Below are positions 60,473 through 64,000 of a stretch of DNA of 64,000 nucleotides, piece after piece (position 1 is the stretch's first letter; each line of letters opens with the position of its first letter). Origin of the DNA: Veillonella parvula (lineage in GTDB: Bacteria; Bacillota; Negativicutes; Veillonellales; Veillonellaceae); contig NZ_JAWFXN010000002.1 in the NCBI RefSeq assembly GCF_032575955.1, positions 159,458 to 223,457 on the forward strand, given 5' to 3'. Under the pieces are notes generated by a model. That model was not told the origin of the DNA and made no database searches. It saw only the letters and a program-made list of their open reading frames with translations. A program made the translations under genes and the position numbers.

Positions 60473-61672
60473 TTATGGTTGTTTAACTTCTGTAGAGACC
60501 TTTACTGTTTTACTTACGAAACCAATGATAGTAGTTATGATAAAGGCCATTGTAAAGGCTGGTAATGTAGCACCTACGGTGCTTTCAGTGTGTAACATAT
60601 AGTGATATAAACCGACCGATACAGCCCAAATTGTGCCGCGTACTAAAAAAGCCGATAGAGTTTGCACTTGTTGACGATTCATAAAGTAGTCCGCTAGCAA
60701 GATGGCAATCATTGGGGTAAAGACAGATCCGATGAGGTATAAGAAGTCTGTAATATCGTCCATCGGATACAAGATAGCTGCAATAGTGCCAACGATGGTA
60801 ACAATAACTGCAATGCCCTTACTAGATGCACTATTATAGATTGTGGTGCTAGAAACACCTGCAGAGTAAGCGTCCATAAAGGTTGTAGTGACAGTAGAGA
60901 AGATAATTACGAGGAGCCCTGCTAGGCCAAGGCCTGCATTCATCATAATGGTAATAATAGAGTCTCCACCACCAAAGATGGCCGCACTAAGACCTAAGGT
61001 ATACATGACGATACTCGTTACCGTGTAGATTGTAGCACTTGTAAGTGATGCGGTGAGAGGATGTTTACTTTCACGGGTATAATCACTGATGAGAGGTAGC
61101 CAAGATAGTGGCATGGCAATCGATAACTCAAGAGCAGCGATGAAACTCATGTTTCCGCTAGTTAGAAGGCCACCTTCACTAGGCCACTGTGATATCATGT
61201 GCGTGCCCATGTAGAGGGTGAGGCCTAGCAATAGAATAGATACGATGGCTTGAATATAGCCCGTATTGTGGAGGCCGATGAAAAGCCACAGGATGACAAG
61301 CGCTCCGATAGCTATCGTCCAAATCATAGGGGATAGGGGTGCTAACTCTTGTAAGGCTAGCATAGCATCGTAGATCATGATGCTAGTCCAGCCGATAAGT
61401 TGAAGCATATTTAAAAAGGCAAAGCCTTTAGCCCCTAGTGGGCCAAAGCTGAAAGCGGTTGTATTCATACTACCTTGCCGTAAGCGTCCGCCGATGAGGC
61501 CAGCCCCAAAGAGTAGTATGCCGCCGATAATATGACCTAAGATGATGGCATAGAGACCTTGTATAAGTCCTAAGGGGGCCAGATAGGTACCGGTCATAAT
61601 TTCCGCAATCGATAAAGCGGCACCGAACCATATCATGGCAAATTGTGGTTGCGTGATGTGTGTATTTTTCAT
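60473..61672 (-). CDS. cytX: NCS1-family putative hydroxymethylpyrimidine transporter
   Basis: 399 aa from ATG 61672 with an AAGGAGG SD. It is polytopic and is directly preceded by a TPP riboswitch. Confidence 0.8.
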   Translation of the reverse strand: MKNTHITQPQFAMIWFGAALSIAEIMTGTYLAPLGLIQGLYAIILGHIIGGILLFGAGLIGGRLRQGSMNTTAFSFGPLGAKGFAFLNMLQLIGWTSIMIYDAMLALQELAPLSPMIWTIAIGALVILWLFIGLHNTGYIQAIVSILLLGLTLYMGTHMISQWPSEGGLLTSGNMSFIAALELSIAMPLSWLPLISDYTRESKHPLTASLTSATIYTVTSIVMYTLGLSAAIFGGGDSIITIMMNAGLGLAGLLVIIFSTVTTTFMDAYSAGVSSTTIYNSASSKGIAVIVTIVGTIAAILYPMDDITDFLYLIGSVFTPMIAILLADYFMNRQQVQTLSAFLVRGTIWAVSVGLYHYMLHTESTVGATLPAFTMAFIITTIIGFVSKTVKVSTEVKQP

Positions 61673-61695
61673 ACGTCCTCCTTGCCAGGAAGTCA

Positions 61696-61828
61696 TAGAA
61701 AAAGCCGAGCTCACAGGAACTCGGCCATTAATCCTCTATGTTCCCTACGTTGGCATTATCCAAATCAGGTTATGGGTTAAAGCTTTAGCTTACTCTCAGC
61801 CCACTTGTGTGAGCACCCCATTATGGCT
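61696..61828 (-). promoter_or_regulatory. TPP (THI-box) riboswitch with terminator expression platform, controlling cytX
   Basis: The minus strand reads GGGGTGC...CTGAGA...ACCC...ACCTGATTTGGATAATGCCAACGTAGGGAA. It is followed by the terminator GCCGAG-N10-CTCGGC plus TTTTTC. Confidence 0.88.
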
Positions 61829-61917
61829 TCATTATACGAGGTGCTACGGGAACCGTCAATTATTTTGTTGCATAGATTGTATAATAATGTTATAACTAGA
61901 TTATAAAAATATATTGC

Positions 61918-62055
61918 CACTAGGGGTGCTTTTGCTGAGATTGACCATTCAAAACCCTAGACCTGATCCAGATAATACTGGCGTAGGGAAGTGGAATGAA
62001 ACATGATACCAAACTATTACGAGACCATTCCATTTGAGGTGGTCTCATTTTTATT
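61918..62055 (+). promoter_or_regulatory. TPP (THI-box) riboswitch with terminator expression platform, controlling thiW-thiD-thiM
   Basis: CACTAGGGGTGC...CTGAGA...ACCCTAGACCTGATCCAGATAATACTGGCGTAGGGAAGTGG. It is followed by GAGACCA-N11-TGGTCTC plus ATTTTTATTT. Confidence 0.9.
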
Positions 62056-62069
62056 TACTTGGAGGTATT

Positions 62070-62549
62070 ATGAAAAAAATGATTATTGCTAGCATATGTG
62101 TGGCCTTAGGTGTCGTCTTATCGACTACGTCGATTCCTATTGGCCCTGCTCGTATTTTTCCATTTCAACATATGATAAATGTAATCTTAGCCGTTATAGT
62201 TGGGGCGAGATTCTCTGTAGGCGCAGCCTTTAGTACTTCTTGCTTACGTAATGTACTAGCACTAGGCTCTCCATTAGCCTTTCCAGGTAGTATGATTGGC
62301 GCTTGGTTATCTGCGTATTTATATAAAAAATACAACGCCATCTGGGCAGCGGCTTTAGGCGAAATCATTGGCACTGGACTTATTGGTGCTCTTGTAAGTT
62401 ATCCAATTGCTCATTTCCTACTAGGCAAACCATTGGCATTGTTGACCTTGATTACATCCTTTTCCATGAGCTCTATCGGAGGTGCTTGCATTGGCTTTGT
62501 AGTATTACAAATCTTATCTCGACGTAATCTGTTACACAAGGAGGCATAA
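62070..62549 (+). CDS. thiW: ThiW, putative thiazole-moiety transporter (ECF-type S component)
   Basis: 159 aa from ATG 62070 with a GGAGG SD. It has about 5 TM helices. The call rests on riboswitch control and the thiD/thiM context. Confidence 0.75.
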   Translation: MKKMIIASICVALGVVLSTTSIPIGPARIFPFQHMINVILAVIVGARFSVGAAFSTSCLRNVLALGSPLAFPGSMIGAWLSAYLYKKYNAIWAAALGEIIGTGLIGALVSYPIAHFLLGKPLALLTLITSFSMSSIGGACIGFVVLQILSRRNLLHKEA

Positions 62550-63382
62550 TGAAACTACATACTGCATTAACAATTGCCGGTACTGACCCTAGTGGTGGCG
62601 CTGGCATTATGGCTGATTTAAAATCCTTCCAAAGTCGAAATGTATACGGCATGGCCGTTGTTACTTCTGTGGTGGCTCAAAATACAACGGGTGTACATCA
62701 CGTAGAACACCTATCGCTAGAAAGCATAGAAAAACAGTTACACGATGTATATTCAGATATTACACCACAAGCCGTTAAGACGGGCATGATTGCTTTACCA
62801 GAGATGATGGATCTCATTTATCCTTATGTAAGTAAGAACATCCCTTATGTGATGGATCCAGTTATGATTGCCACCAGCGGTGATCGACTTGTATCGGATG
62901 AGGCTGTCGATTTCTTAAAATCTAAACTCATTCCGGTCGCCACAGTCATTACACCTAATCGTAGCGAGGCAGAGGTGTTAGCGGACATGTCTATCTCTTG
63001 TAAAAGTGACATCACAACAGCTGCTAACCGTATTTTACGTGAATTAGGACCTCAAGTGGTCATCATTAAAGGTGGGCATATTGGAGATGATGCAACGGAT
63101 TATGCTTTCACCAAAGATGGAGATATGCATACGTGGACAAGCCCTAAATATGATACTGTTCATACTCACGGTACGGGTTGTACCTTCTCGGCGGTTATTA
63201 CGGCAGAGCTAGCGAAAGGGCGTGATGTAATGGATGCCATTGGTATTGCAAAGAACTATATTGCATTGGCTATTAAGCATAATCCAGCGCTTGGAAGTGG
63301 TTGCGGTCCTGTTAATCATATGGCTTATGGTTTATTGGTAAATGGCCCTCAAACGATGGATGAACTTTTGAAAAATGAGTAG
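62549..63382 (+). CDS. thiD: Hydroxymethylpyrimidine/phosphomethylpyrimidine kinase
   Basis: 277 aa. ALTIAGTDPSGGAGIMADLK and THGTGCTFS are present. Confidence 0.9.
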   Translation: MKLHTALTIAGTDPSGGAGIMADLKSFQSRNVYGMAVVTSVVAQNTTGVHHVEHLSLESIEKQLHDVYSDITPQAVKTGMIALPEMMDLIYPYVSKNIPYVMDPVMIATSGDRLVSDEAVDFLKSKLIPVATVITPNRSEAEVLADMSISCKSDITTAANRILRELGPQVVIIKGGHIGDDATDYAFTKDGDMHTWTSPKYDTVHTHGTGCTFSAVITAELAKGRDVMDAIGIAKNYIALAIKHNPALGSGCGPVNHMAYGLLVNGPQTMDELLKNE

Positions 63383-63395
63383 AGGAAATAGTTAT

Positions 63396-64000
63396 ATGAC
63401 CTATGAAAATCCATATATAAATAGCTCAACTTGGACCGAACTGAATATATTAGAGACTCTACGCAAAGGGAATCCGCTTATTATTTGTATTACAAATGAT
63501 GTAGTGCGAACCTTTACGGCTAACGGTTTACTAGCCATCGGAGCATCACCCGTGATGAGTGAGTGTAGCGAAGATTTGAAAGACCTCATCGCCCATGCAT
63601 CGGCGCTACTCATCAATATTGGCACTCTTACCCCAGACAAGGTTAGTTACTATAAAGATGCCATAGCACTGGCGAAGAAACATGAGGTTCCTATTGTTTT
63701 AGATCCAGTGGGCTGTCATGCTGGGGCTTATCGATTATCTGTAGTTTTAGACTTGATTAAAACTGATGCTATTTCGTTGCTACGAGGTAATCAAAGTGAA
63801 ATCAAAGCCATCTATGATGCTCTTAATACAAATCATAAGGTTAATAATTCTCTCTCTGGTAAGGGCGTAGATGGTGAACAAGTTGAGGATAGCGCAATTA
63901 TAACGTATCGTCTTGCACGCCAAATTAACTGTCCTGTTGTCGCAACGGGCGAAGAGGATTATGTATCCGACGGAACCCGTGTATTTGCGGTTCCTCATGG
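63396..64000 (+). CDS. thiM: Hydroxyethylthiazole kinase. The 3' end lies outside the window.
   Basis: ATG 63396 follows GAGGAA. The translation is MTYENPYINSSTWTELNILETLRKGNPLIICITNDVVRTFTANGLLAIGASPVMSE..., a ThiM signature. The frame is open to the window edge and is absent from the ORF track only because it is incomplete. Confidence 0.85.
   Translation, partial: MTYENPYINSSTWTELNILETLRKGNPLIICITNDVVRTFTANGLLAIGASPVMSECSEDLKDLIAHASALLINIGTLTPDKVSYYKDAIALAKKHEVPIVLDPVGCHAGAYRLSVVLDLIKTDAISLLRGNQSEIKAIYDALNTNHKVNNSLSGKGVDGEQVEDSAIITYRLARQINCPVVATGEEDYVSDGTRVFAVPH

Noticed and set aside
63401-63998. Two minus-strand ORFs of 79 and 72 aa.
   Set aside because: They are antisense to the thiM coding sequence, which is open to the window end and carries clear ThiM motifs.

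Overview
This is an AT-rich bacterial chromosomal window. Gene content and protein signatures suggest a Negativicutes or Veillonella-like Firmicute, which is an inference and not a database result. I call about 57 protein-coding genes, 2 gene relics, 3 cis-regulatory RNAs (a glmS ribozyme and two divergently arranged TPP riboswitches), many intrinsic terminators and a few repeat regions. I saw no rRNA, tRNA, CRISPR array, transposase, integrase or phage genes. From left to right the window contains: a P-type ATPase 3' end; a pyruvate formate-lyase operon on the minus strand; an XRE-family regulator; DMT, DASS and PACE transporters; a methionine biosynthesis cluster (metC-like, patB, metA, metY); a PepSY protein; bioY; a COG0523 GTPase / permease / TIGR03943 metal-handling operon; pepD; pncB-nadE; an asparaginase; a CbiZ-like gene; an MscS channel; a DD-carboxypeptidase; yfbR; queG; an 8-gene selenium-dependent molybdenum hydroxylase (xanthine dehydrogenase family) cluster; cdaA-cdaR, an FAD protein and glmM; a racemase; an orphan TPR protein and a secreted beta-helix protein; the glmS ribozyme with glmS and trpS; an amino-acid ABC transporter operon with an unknown secreted protein; uspA; an ArsR regulator with a DMT transporter; an AEC transporter; modABC; and a thiamine salvage locus (cytX, thiW, thiD, thiM). 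The observations most worth follow-up are these. (1) The pyruvate formate-lyase gene is cut by an exactly 198-nt insertion into a radical-less core and a separately translated 78-aa glycyl-radical module. (2) The metallochaperone operon includes a degenerate P-loop domain fused to a COG0701 permease. (3) A GT-rich run of five consecutive hairpins lies downstream of the PepSY gene. (4) Two gene relics are present, one from a glycyl-radical enzyme and one from an ABC exporter. (5) Several intergenic repeat systems are present. All start codons were chosen by eye from Shine-Dalgarno (SD) spacing and are less certain than the stop codons.
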